Assembly (NCBI GenBank): GCA_964016885.1
Contig: OZ024749.1
Coordinates: forward strand, 55,428,001 to 55,492,000
From: Eledone cirrhosa
Lineage: Eukaryota
Length of the DNA: 64,000 bases
Reading direction: 5' to 3'
Shown here: positions 1 to 13,649 of the stretch, one piece after another
How positions within the stretch are numbered: position 1 is the first letter of the stretch
Layout: every line of letters begins with the position of its first letter
Translations under genes and position numbers: made by a program
The notes under the pieces: generated by a model
The model's input: the letters and a program-made list of their open reading frames with translations, nothing else
The model's database searches: none
Told to the model about the DNA's origin: nothing

Positions 1-716
1 GATATTATAAGGATTATATGAAACTAGGTGTGTGACTTAGTGGTTAGAGAATTGGATTCTCAATCGTGAGGTTGCAAGTTACATAGATTCCCGTTACTAT
101 TTCTAATAGGAAATGTAACTAGTAGATAGTAACAGCAATGGAAAGACCAATGGAAACATTGTTTCTTTGGTCCGATTTGACAAGTTCCACTCCACTTGGT
201 AAGCAAATAAGGTCTGGGATCTGGTCAATTGTTAAGAGAGAGAAAGTGGTAGTATCTGGCTTAGACAGGTTTTCTAGAAAGTCTTAAAGCAAATGACCTC
301 CTTCTTGAAAAGATATGTCCTTATGAGCCCCTAAAACAGCAGCAAGCCTGCCTTTGTCATCATCTTGTGTATCTTCATAATAACAATACAAATGGTTTCT
401 AATTTAGGCACAAGGCCAGCAAATCACATCAAACTCAGTCCTTGGTGGGTCACTATTTTATTTCATGAGCATGAACACAAAGTTTGAGCTGAGAATGGCT
501 CATAGCTTACTGGGTGTGGGTGAGTTTGCCTTAGTGTGAATAAACACACTCACAGACGTAGCTGGTATCTGTGAGATATGGATTCCTCATGGCAGCCAAT
601 GGCAACTTCTTTTTCCATTTTTAAGGGTCTTCTACACCCTATTTTATAAGCTATTTTATAGCATCTCTGTACATGAGCATAACATTCTTTATATTATATT
701 AAATACACACACATAC

Positions 717-756
<40 letters not shown>

Positions 757-2014
757 TTTTCATACATACTCACATATGAGTATGTATGCATGTGTATGTC
801 TTTGTAGTATTTCAGAAGAACAAAGGATTAATCCCTGCAATGGAGCAGGTGTGTTACTTTGTTAAACCACATAAATAAATTAAAAAAACCGTCCATAAAA
901 CCAAGGTAAGCACCTTAATCCATTGGCTTCAGATTTGACACACAATACCACACATACTTCCCATCCCTTCCACTCCAGTTTTATTAATTTGCTGCAGGGA
1001 TGATTACAAAATCCTCTTTTTGTGAGTCCTGATTGGAGAGTCAGTCTGTCTGTGTGTCTATCAGTTTATCTGTCTGGCTGATATACCCCAACCCTGCCTC
1101 AACTCTCATTCTATATTGTTGTTGTGTGGCCCAAGGCAGCCCATATCGAGTAAAAGCTAAGAACATCTAATATTTGCTCTCTTCTGTTGTAGTTATTATA
1201 GCATTACATCTCAATACCAGCTCATCTTTAGTATCAATAATTGTTTCTACTTCTGGCACAAGGCCAGCAATTACCCCAGTGCATTACTGGTACTTTATTT
1301 TATTGACCCTATAAGGATGATGAAAGGCAAAGTAAACCTCGGCGGGATTTGAACTCAGAATGTAAAGAGCCATAACTCTAAGTTGCAAAGCATGGTTTAG
1401 CTATAAACAGTTATGTTAACTATAACAACATACTCTGATAGCTAATAAAATCACTATTTACAACAATGAGTGTGTGATATGATATGTTTGTTTAACGACC
1501 TACACTAACTAATTAAGCTTTCTACATTTATTTGTGAGCTTCTGCATGTGCTTATATGTGTGTGTATGTATATATGTGGTGGATATATATATATATATAT
1601 ATATGTATAGATCAGAGTGTAAATACAGTGTCAATGTGTATATCAGTTTGTGTGTAAGTGTATGAGTGAGTGTGTGTGAATGTCTGTGTGTGTATCTTTA
1701 AAGAGAGATTATATGCTCTAACATCTTACACTAATAAACATATAAAGTAAGTAACAGCGACACCTATCTCTCATTATTGGATCGTTGTATGTCAACTGAC
1801 ATCTTTTGTGTCTCTTAATAACTGCAGCAATTTTTTTTTTTTTTTTGTTTAGTATTAAAAAGTTTAAAAAAAAAAAAAAATTTGCTATAGTACACCTTTT
1901 CTAAAACAAACTTCTTTGTATTTATATATATATTTTATTTTATATTTTTTGTAAGGAAAATCCAGTATGGGTGTAAAAAAAAGTTAATTAAACAATTAAA
2001 ATAACAATAATTAA

Positions 2015-2068
<54 letters not shown>

Positions 2069-2685
2069 GACAACATCAATGGCAATCTGTTCCAAAATTT
2101 GGAAAAAAATATGAATGGAAAAAAAAAACTGTAAAAAAAAAAATAACACCCCCCCCCCCCCCCCGTAAGGAAGACAAAAGTTTCATTAACAAAATAAAAT
2201 ATTTTAGGGGCCAAACACAAAGTTGAAAAAGTTTAAGCTACATTTTTGTACGCCTCAACCCATTTAGTATTATTATTATTTTTTGAGGGGGTTTTCTACA
2301 AAAATATCATTAGTTTCTTAGTTTTGGTACCTTTGCATCACCCCTACCCCAGCATCGCCATTTGAATTTTTTTTTTTGGCAATTTTATTTATTTATTTTT
2401 CTTTTTTTTTTTAATTTCCAATATTTCCCTTTTCTTTGGTGGAAAAATAATTAAAAAAAGAAAAAAAAACCAGAAATTCTTTCAAAAAAATAAAACAGTT
2501 TTTTTGGAAGATATCGAAAGAGAGAGAAAGAGATAGAGAGAGAGATAGAAAGATAGATAGAGAGAAAGAAAATAATATTAGCCATTACAAAAATTAATAA
2601 CTAAATGCTAATAAACAATAACAAAAGACAAGTGATTTTTTTTGTTGCTCTTTTGATTATTTTTTTTTTGGGGCTGCTGCTGCTG

Positions 2686-2751
2686 CTACAAAAAAGTCTG
2701 TAGACTTAAAGACTTAGTGCAGATATTGACAGGGGGGGTGTCACAGCCCCC
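2686..2751 (-). CDS. mbl: Candidate alternative terminal mbl exon (GGCDTPPVNICTKSLSLQTFL*)
   Basis: ctgtctctgttgtgtaccag acceptor about 550 nt after the RADRLE exon, in-frame TAG, followed by A/U-rich UTR-like sequence. Confidence 0.3.
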   Translation of the reverse strand, partial: GGCDTPPVNICTKSLSLQTFL

Positions 2752-3305
2752 CTGGTACACAACAGAGACAGGCACAGTAGCAAAAGCTGTCAAATAATAA
2801 ATAACATTATTTAGGCGTAAAAAAAAACAACGTAAATATATATATATATATATATGTATGGATATATATTATATATATAAATATACATATATCCATATAT
2901 ATATGGATATATATATTTATATATGGATATATATATTTATATATGGATATATATATATATTTATATATGGATATATATATATATATATATATACATATAT
3001 ATATGGATATATATATATATATATATACATATATATATGGATATATATATTTATATATGGATATATATATAAATTAACAAAACAGAAAATTTTAAACAAC
3101 AAAAACAAACACACCCACACCTATAAACTATAATTATATTTTTTTGTCAAATGGCAAAAAAAAAAAAAAAATATTGCCATTATAGTTTAATTTAGCTAAC
3201 CCCATTCTCCTGACCCTTATAACCAAACATGTGACAAGACGAGACAAGGGGACACACATTAAGAAAGAAATAATATTTTGGAAATTTTTTGAAATAGAAA
3301 CTCAC

Positions 3306-3500
3306 CTCTAATCTGTCAGCCCTCGTAACTTTCTGTTGTGCTGTTCCAGGGATTCCTGTTGGCAACACTCCTGGAACCTGAGTGGAAACAACTGTTGCTT
3401 CATTTCCAGTGCCAGCCACTGGAACGGTTGGTATCGCTGCGTTCAAATAAGGGTTGAACGCAACAGCAGATGTCGGGACTGTGCTAATGTATGGAGGGGC
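3306..3500 (-). CDS. mbl: Muscleblind-like linker exon immediately preceding zinc finger 3
   Basis: (CT)n tract and ccag acceptor, then APPYISTVPTSAVAFNPYLNAAIPTVPVAGTGNEATVVSTQVPGVLPTGIPGTAQQKVTRADRLE, then gtgag donor. 195 nt, phase 0-0. NPYL and QKxxRxDRLE are conserved MBNL motifs. Confidence 0.93.
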
Positions 3501-3571
3501 CTGGTAGGGAGAAAGAGAGAGATAGCGAAGAGAGAGAGACGGAGTGAGTGAGAGAGAATGGGGAGAGAGGA

Positions 3572-3615
<44 letters not shown>

Positions 3616-4364
3616 AGAGATGGAGAGAGAGAGAGAGAGACAGAGAGTGAGTGAGAGAGAATGGGGAGAGAGGGAGGACGAAAAGAGAAAAAGGAAAGAG
3701 AAAAAAAAACAATGTATAGAATGCGAGATCTTTGACATTGGAACAAATATAAGAAAGGAAAATAGGTAAAAAAAATAAAAATCAATAAAAAAAAATTACA
3801 ATATATCAATATTAGTTTTTGATTTAGCCACAAAGCCAACAATTTTGGGGGAGAAGAAAGTCAATTAAATCGACCCCAGTAACACACTGGTACTTTATTT
3901 TATCAATCCCCCAGTAAGGATGAAAGGCAAAGTTAACCTCGGCAAGATTTGAACTCAAAACATGAAGAGATCTTTAAACAATAATTATGACATTCAATAT
4001 AGGACAAGTTTTTGTTTTATTCTGACCTCATCAGGGAAGTGGAACTCTTACCAGAAATAGTGATGAGAGGATGACAAAGGAAATGCAGAAGAATAAACAT
4101 ATGTAGATGTAGGATAGAACAACTGTTGAGAAGCTGAATAAATAAATACTTATAAAACATGGTTTCTTTAAAATAATATAGCATCATATACATAGCTATC
4201 AACTACAACACTATGTAGGTACACATTGATGTGGTTAAATTGTGTGTGTGAGAGACAGGGAGAGGGAGAGAGAGAGTCTGTGTGTGTGTGACACTAAATA
4301 TGTTAGTATGATCATGTTTTTAATTTCTTTCTTAGTCTCGTATTGGTGATAAAAAAGTGTAAGC

Positions 4365-4399
<35 letters not shown>

Positions 4400-5480
4400 T
4401 AATGATACACATGTATAGTATATATACATAAGCCCCACCTCCATCCAAATCTCAATACTATAACGGAAGCTCTGACTTCTTAAGTGATAAGAAACTCTCA
4501 GCAGAGCTGGACAACAGAAGGTCTTCATAGAGAAGAAACCTTCTCTCATGCAATCACACTAAAGTGCATAATAAAAATAAAGAGAGTTTTGAGTAGCTGA
4601 CGACATTTGACCTAAAATCCTGCTGTGGGTAGTGAAAGAACTTGGTTAACCACTAATTGATGCACACTTCTGATATGGAAATATCAATATTCGATAAATA
4701 TTGATCAACTGATTGACTCACTGATAGCTAGATGTCAGTGTGGTATGTTACGAGAAGCTGGGCTGAATTAGTTAAGGTTTGATGATAGGGTTGGTGGCTA
4801 AGGGTGGGGAGAGAAGCAACTATAATGGTTCAAGTAATTTTTGTCAAGAATATTGTTAAATGAAGTAACTATAGAATCCATATTGTGGAAGCAATTTGCT
4901 AACAACTTAACTGATACTCTTGCTTAAACAACCCCTTCTCTCCCCCAATAAAAAACAACATTAAAACCCCCTATACACACAACACTGTGAAATCAACTAT
5001 GTTAACAATCTATTCGTCTACAACCAACCCCCAGTGACCAAAAATTAAAAAAAAACCTAAGCTGATGACCCTTTTATTAATATAAGTAGAAATTTTATTT
5101 TTCCAAAAAAAATCTGTGAAAGAAAATACACTGCACTAGCTATAATTTTGTACATAATATATATAAAATATTTTATATTTATATATTTTGTATTAGATAT
5201 ATTATTTATATATATATTTTTGTCTGCTATTTTTTCCAAATTTCAGTTGAATAAACAAATTTAGTGCAAACTGAAGGTAAAATAGATAAATAAATAAATA
5301 TATGAATTGAAAAAAAAAACAAACCCACAACAGAAATAAAACAACACAAAACAAAATGACAGCAAAAAATATAAAAATCTGAAAAGTGTAAATTGAAGTG
5401 TAAGGTAGAGGGGGGTGGGAGGAAAGTAGTTTAAAAAAAAAAAAGAATCAATTAAGCAGAAATAAAAAAAAATATAAATC

Positions 5481-5527
<47 letters not shown>

Positions 5528-6270
5528 AATTGTTCAGTGGAAGGATAAAGATTGGTGCAAAGCATAAAAATAATAATAATAATAATACTACAGGCATATT
5601 AAAACATTGCTACAATGTTGTTGGAGGCGCAGTGAAAATGCTGTGTGTGTATATATATATGTGTGTATGTGTGTGTATATATATATATGTGTGTGTGTGT
5701 GTGCAAATGTATTTGTAGAGAGAGAGATGGAGAGAGAGAGAGAGAGATGGAGGAGAGAAAGAGATAGTATTTGGTGAAAGGCCTTTTTTGCTCTTGAAAC
5801 AATTCAACAAAACAGAAACAGAAAAAAAAAAAAAAAAATTGATTTGGTGAAATGTCAGGGAGTGGAACTTGGAACTGAACTTCCAAAGACAGAGGTATTC
5901 TACTAAATGGTACTTTTATTTAAACCATATGACCCTACAAACACCCTGTTCTTATTTCTATGGCTAAACAGAACACTCCTTCCAGCGAGTCCTGTCAGAA
6001 GCAACCATCTCCAATTGATCTGGCTGGATCTCCAAATACAACCAGCTCCAGCTGACTTTATAGATGATATCCAACCGTCTCACTTAGGGTCTACCCCTGG
6101 GGCCTCCTGCTGGTTTGTTTTGCTCATAAAATCTACCCAGGAATTCTTTCCCAAGACATTCTATCCACATGTTGGTAACAATTTCAATAAGTTCAGAGTT
6201 TGGTTCTGATGTTATTGGTTGATTCACATTTCATAGTTGCGAAAAAAGGAAATTACTTTCCGAACACCCT

Positions 6271-6326
<56 letters not shown>

Positions 6327-6349
6327 ATTAGAAAGTGAACACAAAATAT

Positions 6350-6427
6350 AACTACTCCATTACCAAAGGTTTCTGGATCCCAGACAATAATAATATATGT
6401 CTGGATCGGTCGTCAGACAGAGTTGTT
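6350..6427 (-). ncRNA. Type-I hammerhead ribozyme motif
   Basis: actctgt-CTGACGA-cc gatccagaca...tgtctgggatc ca-GAAA-cc ttt gg-TA-atggagt. Helices I, II and III can all form. Flanking inverted repeat tttaattagaaa(g/c)tgaac extends helix I. Confidence 0.8.
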
Positions 6428-6502
6428 CAGTTTCTAATTAAATAGCTCTGTTCTATACATAGAGCACTCTTTTTTCCTTTGATTTTCCTTCGGAATTACC
6501 TA

Positions 6503-6555
<53 letters not shown>

Positions 6556-6916
6556 GGTATGTATACATATATATATATAACAAAATTCCAAATTGTTTCG
6601 CTATAAAAGACTAATGTTGGTTTCTGGAAACCACTTTGGAGAAGTTCTTTTTTTTTTTTATTGTTGTGTTTGTGCTTTTATTCTTTTTGTTTAATTACAT
6701 TAATATACTTAATTAGTAAGCTAAACGAAATTAGATTAAAATTTTGAGTGAGTCTTAATTATAAATATGTAAAATTATATTTGATGTAATATACTGTTCA
6801 ATTTCCTGTTGAGCTCATAAATATTCCACCATAATTATTGTTATAATATTATACTTATTATTATAGTATAGATTATTGCTGCTATTATAGAAGCATTTGC
6901 AGTGGTTTTTAGTCTG

Positions 6917-7775
6917 CTGAACTAAATACCTTGCACAATTTAGGTCCATTGCACTATGATGTCAGTTCAAATCTTGTCCGGGTCGACCCTGAACTAAATA
7001 CCTTGCACAATTTAGGTCCATTGCACTATGATGTCAGTTCAAATCTTGTCTGGGTCGACCCTGAACTAAATACCTTGCACAATTTAGGTCCATTGCACTA
7101 TGATGTCAGTTCAAATCTTGTCTGGGTCGACCCTGAACTAAATACCTTGCACAATTTAGGTCCATTGCACTATGATGTCAGTTCAAATCTTGTCTGGGTC
7201 GACCCTGAACTAAATACCTTGCACAATTTAGGTCCATTGCACTATGATGTCAGTTCAAATCTTGTCTGGGTCGACCCTGAACTAAATACCTTGCACAATT
7301 TAGGTCCATTGCACTATGATGTCAGTTCAAATCTTGTCTGGGTCGACCCTGAACTAAATACCTTGCACAATTTAGGTCCATTGCACTATGATGTCAGTTC
7401 AAATCTTGTCTGGGTCGACCCTGAACTAAATACCTTGCACAATTTAGGTCCATTGCACTATGATGTCAGTTCAAATCTTGTCTGGGTCGACCCTGAACTA
7501 AATACCTTGCACAATTTAGGTCCATTGCACTATGATGTCAGTTCAAATCTTGTCTGGGTCGACCCTGAACTAAATACCTTGCACAATTTAGGTCCATTGC
7601 ACTATGATGTCAGTTCAAATCTTGTCTGGGTCGACCCTGAACTAAATACCTTGCACAATTTAGGTCCATTGCACTATGATGTCAGTTCAAATCTTGTCTG
7701 GGTCGACCCTGAACTAAATACCTTGCACAATTTAGGTCCATTGCACTATGCTATGAGTTCAAATCTTGTCAGGGT
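6917..7775. repeat. 72-bp minisatellite, ~12 near-identical copies
   Basis: Unit ctgaactaaataccttgcacaatttaggtccattgcactatgatgtcagttcaaatcttgtctgggtcgacc. Confidence 0.95.
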
Positions 7776-8369
7776 GAAATCTGTTCATTTATTTCTCAGC
7801 AGGGAGGGCAGAGAGGGTTGATTTAATCAAATATATCCCTAACTATATATATAAATATCACCAGCAACATCATCAACACTGTTTAGCATCGATTTTCCTC
7901 ACTAGCATGGGTTTTATATCGTACAAAATACTTGGCTTTGAGCCAGTGCAATAGAATCAGTAGCATGTCAGATAACAATAACGCCTAAGGCCATTTTATT
8001 ATGAGCCTTTATTTAAACAGAATTTCATTTCAAATCATGACCAAGGACAGCTTTACCACCTTTCATCTTTCTAGAGCTTGATGAAAAATATATACCGGAC
8101 AAATACTGGGGGTTTTAATTCCAGCAAACTATACTATAATCCTTGCCAAAATGTGTCTGGTTCTGTGCCAAATTTAGAAATTCCTATTACTATTGATTTC
8201 TTTTCCATGCCATGAGGCTACAAATATGAAAGAGATGCGTGTGTCGGGAGATAACAGAGTCACTCCCATTTCAAATCAATTCACTTCAGCTGCTAATTCT
8301 CTTGAGAAAGACAAAATTGTCACAGAATCTAATTTCCTTCGGATATGAGACAGTCATGAACCAACGCTA

Positions 8370-8404
<35 letters not shown>

Positions 8405-8611
8405 TATACATATATATTATACATACATACACATATATAAAGGTGTGTGTTTTTGTGTGTGCATTTACATTTAAAGTTGCATACAGGTAAATGAGTACTG
8501 TGGTCAATCAACCTCCTACATCTTTCAGTCTATTATATCACCATAAATCCTAATTAGGAGTCTTCTCGTGTTGTGAAAAGTCAAGGTACACACTCCACAG
8601 ATGTATTAACA

Positions 8612-8830
8612 AAACTACATCTGGATACTAACAAAGTTACATCTGGACACAAACAAAGTTACATCTGGACACAAACAAAGTTACATCTGGACACAAACAA
8701 AGTTATATCTGGACACAAACAAAGTTATATCTGGACACAAGCAAAGTTATATCTGGACACTAACAAAAAGACAACTGGACACTAACACTTACATCTGGAC
8801 ACCAACAAAAAGACATCTTGACACTAACAA
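8612..8830. repeat. 22-bp minisatellite
   Basis: Unit ttacatctggacacaaacaaag, about 9 copies. Confidence 0.85.
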
Positions 8831-9149
8831 ATATATAGTTTTATATTGCTTTTATCAACAAGAACAACAATAACAAATGTTGCTTTGTAAATAGATGCAA
8901 AAGTAGGAACAGACGCAAAAACTAATCAACAGATGCAAAAAAGATAACTGCAGCAGCAGCAACAACAACGGCAACAATGATAAACATAACATAGACAACA
9001 CAAAGAGAAACAGCTACAATTACTAAAATATTAGCCTTAAATGCAACAACAGTTTGAAAAAGAAATTGTGTAATAGACCAGTTCGCAACAAAGTCTTTTT
9101 CTTTCCATCACCTGGTTTTGTGTGAGCCCGTCTATTGAGCCTTTACTGT

Positions 9150-9400
9150 AGGGTGCTTGATGTAGGATTGTAATGTTGTTGGCTTGATTCTTGGACAGGC
9201 TGCTGTGTTTTGTTTTTGTAAAAAACACTTTATTTTATATTGCTACAGAACACTCAGCTGAGAGTAATTACCAGCATTTGGTGGGGAATTAATCCTGTGA
9301 TAGACTGGTGTCACGCCCTGTTCTCTCAGTCCCTTAACACCAAGGACACCGGGGATAAACAGTTGCCTGACAAGACTTTGGCATAGAACATACTTTAACA
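9150..9400 (+). mobile_element. Degenerate SINE with V-domain-like core
   Basis: Head shared with 63890-63955. atcctgtgatagactgg...cttaacacca shared with 25970-26060. Confidence 0.45.
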
Positions 9401-11822
9401 AGATCCTGAAGGTTAATACACAGGCTTTGGGCCTAGTCAACAACAATAACAACAGCATAAAAACTATACAATAAAGGAAAAGATCTTTAGAAGAGCTTCA
9501 CATGTAATGATATAAGATGAAAAATCCTGATTAATTGGGTTTATTCATGATGTTAATATACAAAATTCCCTCCAGTGGTGTTTAAAATCTACACAAACAA
9601 ACAGGGAAGGAGGGACCAAAGAATCAAGGGAGTTTACTCTCACATAAAACATATACTAAATGAGATCAGATAGTGACAAGCCTAATTTCACCCTCTAACT
9701 CTTCTATTAGCAATAAATTGCATACAATGAATACCAGTAATGAAATGAGGCCAAGGTAATCAAATATATATCTTTGACAGCCAACACATTATCTATAGTA
9801 AAATAAACAACAAGTGTCCTACTAAAAATCTATTATCTTTCTCTTGTTGCTGTTACACACAAACACACACACACACACACACACATGAAGCTCTACATAC
9901 ACAGACATGAAGCCCTATATATATATACACACACACACCTATCTACTTTTCACAGAAGAACTTCTAATCTTAATTTCCCATTAAAACCACAGATGTTATC
10001 TCTGCTATATATTTATATATATACATACACACATTATACATATACACACACACTCATATATACCAATATATATATATATATATATACATACATACACGCA
10101 TACATACATACATACACACACACATGTATATATACATACTCATATATACCAGTATATATATATATATATACACACACACACTGATGTATACACACATATT
10201 TATTATGAAGAGACAAGATATGGATTTTACCTGAGCCAAGTCCCAGATAATTCTATTTTATCTCATTTTCATTGCTTTTATCAAACTAAACACTTTCCTC
10301 CTTCCTTTCTTTTCGAAGATAAAATGGAAAATCTTAAATTAACGGCAAACGGACCGACTGTGTGTACATGTGTACGTACGTGTGTATGTGTGACATGTAT
10401 ATGTGTGTGTGTGTGTGTGGTTAGGTCGTGTTTCTCTGGGTGATCTAGTGATGGTATTGGTAGTGGTTTGGTGGTAGTAGTAGTGGTGGTAGTGGTTTGG
10501 TGGTGGTAGTAGTAGTGGTGGTGGTGGTAGTAGTAGTAGTGGTGGTGGTGGTAGTGGTAGTAATGGTAGTGGTTGTAGTAGTAGTAGTTTTGTTGGTGGT
10601 AGTAGTAGTAGTAGTGGTGGTGGTTGTAGTAGTAGTAGTAGTAGTTGTAGTAGTGGTGGTGGTGGTAGTAGTGGTGGTGGTGGTGGTGGTGGTAGTAGTA
10701 GCAGTAGTAGTGGCGGTGGTAGTAATGGTAGTGGTTGTAGTAGTAGTAGTTTTGTTGGTGATAGTAGTAGTGGTGGTGGTGGTGGTAGCACTAGTGTTGA
10801 TGGTGTAGTCATGTAGTTGTTTAGTTCCAAATCAGCTCCGATCAAGATTTATGAAATATATTCCAGTCTTCACCATTTCTTTTATTTCCATCTTCTAAAT
10901 AAACTACATTGTCAATGTCCTTCCATTTTCTTTGAAATAAAAGCTGGTAGGGTATGATTTAAGGGTAATTTAGCTGATGTTTCTAGCAACATAAGCAACT
11001 GTATAAAGGCTCCTTCACAGACGTAGATGTATGTTGTTCTTGTAGGTCATCATCGTTTTTACATAGACTTTACCATGCTGTCATGGATGGATTGGACAGG
11101 AGGTGTTTAAGGCAAGTTTTACAGCTGATTGCCCTTTCTATAACATCAACACTTTTAGTCACTTCTTACACACACACACAGGGATACAGTGCACCTATTT
11201 TATACCAGGTAGACACATATACACGGGGGAGGGAGACAGACATACACACACAGGAGAGAGAGAGAGAGAGATAGAGATAGACACACAAAGAGAGAGAGGG
11301 ATTGATGACCAGCCATTTAATAATTAACATGCACCAGAAATTATCAAAGTAAATGGTAGCAAAATGCAACACATACAGGCAAGTACAAACAGTGATGACC
11401 AGGAAATATTATCAGGTAATCCAACCTCCCAAAGAAATCTCTGTAAAATATTAAATACAAAACAAAATGGAAGCATATGAATATCTTATCCATCATCATT
11501 AATATCGTTTAACGTCCATCTTCCTTGCTAGCATGGGTCGGATGGGTTGACCCTTGGGGAGGGAATCACGTTAGAGGAGCATGTTAAGCTTAACCCGGGC
11601 TTGGTTTCTACAGCTGGATGCCCTTCCTAACAACATATATAATGAAGGAAGTGTGGTAAGGAACCAGGTGGACCCACCAGAGTACTCGATACTATGGGTA
11701 GTAGAGTGGGTAATAGGAAAATAACCAAGACCCCGACAGCTGAGCTCCGGCTGTTTCGATAGCTATTTCAGAAATAACTGTCAAAACGGCCGGAGCTCAG
11801 CCATCGGGGTCCTGACTCTTTT

Positions 11823-11865
<43 letters not shown>

Positions 11866-11933
11866 AGGAAGCTCCAACCGTTAAGGTTGTCTTTTTTCCG
11901 GGTAGGTCAATATTTATTTATAAAACAAATCTG

Positions 11934-11999
11934 TATTTTATCTGATGAAAGCGCACCATAATTTGCCTTGGTTGCCCTTGAAATATGTATAATAAAATA
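11934..11999 (+). ncRNA. Minimal type-I hammerhead ribozyme motif
   Basis: tattttat-CTGATGA-aagcgcacca...tggttgccctt-GAAA-tatgta-TA-ataaaata. Perfect 8-bp helix I. Confidence 0.8.
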
Positions 12000-12101
12000 A
12001 ATATGGTTTTATAAATATAGTTTCCATTTATTAATATATTGTATATATATATAATATATATATATATATAGCCTCGGAAACATAACCTTATTATGTAACA
12101 A

Positions 12102-12175
12102 GCTGTCTGATGATGTTACGACACTCGCACACAGAACAGTGTGGCCAATGTCGTCATTGAAATATATATCACACC
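12102..12175 (+). ncRNA. Minimal type-I hammerhead ribozyme motif
   Basis: gctgt-CTGATGA-tgtt acgaca...tgtcgt catt-GAAA-tatata-TC-acacc. Flanks are homologous to the copy at 48575-48653. Confidence 0.7.
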
Positions 12176-12222
12176 ATTATTATTAAAGGACTTGAACATC
12201 TGAAACTACTTCGCTTTTACTT

Positions 12223-12277
<55 letters not shown>

Positions 12278-13649
12278 TATGATTACCCTCAACAAGGATG
12301 AAACTAAATAACGCAGGTGTGAGATGTTCAGTACCAACAGAGGACAACATTATCTAATGCATTATTTCTATTCTAAAGAAAGAAACTCTCAGATCAGACC
12401 ACAACTAAAACCACTACTACCATCACCACAACCTTCCCCACCACTACACTACTACTTCTCTGGCAGCCACCACCACCACAAATACTACTACTGCTACCAT
12501 CACCATCACTCCTACTACAAGCACCAACAACACCCATCACCATCACCACCACCACCACAACTACTACTACTACTACTACTACTGGCAGCCATCAGAGCAT
12601 CAAAAACCAATTTCCTGAATAGTTATTATTGTCAATGTTAGGTGGATATATTATGTCATTTGACTCATCCTATATATTGTTGGTGGTGGAGTGGTGGTGG
12701 TGGAGTGGTGTGGTGGTGTGTAATGTGGTTTGATGTGATGTGGTGGTGGTAGTATTAAGGGTAGTAGTAGTAGTAAAGATACATGGGTCAATGGTTAGAT
12801 CTCTGGGCTTACAAACCAGAGATTGTGAGTGATTCCCAGACCAGGCAGTGTATGGTGTCCTTCAGCAAGACACTTTATTTCACATTGCTCCAGTTTACTC
12901 AGCTTACTCAGGTGATGGTGGAGGTGGTGGTGGTGGTGGTGATGATGGTGAAGGCGGTGGAGGTGGTGGTGGTGATGATGGTGAAGGCGGTGGAGGTGGT
13001 GATGATGGTGGAGGTGGCGGAGGTGGTGATGATGGTGGAGGCGGTGGAGGTGGTGATGATGGTGGAGCTGGCGGAGGTGGTGATGATGGTGGAGGCAGTG
13101 GAGGTGGTGACGATGATGGTGGAGGTGGAGGTGGTGGTGGTGGTAGTGATGGTGGTGGTGGTGGTGGTGGTAGTGATGGTGGTGGTGGTGGTGATGATGG
13201 TGGTGGTGGAGGTGGTGATGATGATGGTGTTGGTGTTCATCATCATCATCTTCGTTTAACATCCATTTTCCACGCTAGCATGGGTTAGACGGCTGTTGTT
13301 GGTGATAATGATGGTAGTGGAGGTGGTGATGATGGTAGTGGAGGTGGTGATGGTGGAGGTGGAGGCTGAGGTGGTGGTGAAAATGTGATAGTAGTGAAAT
13401 GTGTGAATAGTAGTAAAAAAGGGGGTAGGTGGTAATAGCAGACATAACGGGGGTGGGGGGTGAGTGGTGTTGGTGGTAGTAGTAGTAGCAGCAGTATTAA
13501 TAGCAACAACAGCAAGGATAAATAATTCTAGAAATAATAATTGTTTGGAATTAAAAGAAGAAAATTCTAATAACAGTAAACAATAACACAATACTCTAAT
13601 ATCCACTGTCTCCTTAGACACCACCTCTACACTTATACCGTATTATAGC

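Noticed and set aside
6931-7821. 296-aa repeat ORF; possible CRISPR-like array
   Set aside because: A 72-bp tandem unit that happens to lack stops. No unique spacers, and the context is eukaryotic.
8922-9035. Minus-strand AAG acceptor followed by a hydrophobic, transmembrane-like peptide
   Set aside because: U-rich (GTT/GCT)n sequence codes hydrophobic residues by default; the splice signals are weak.
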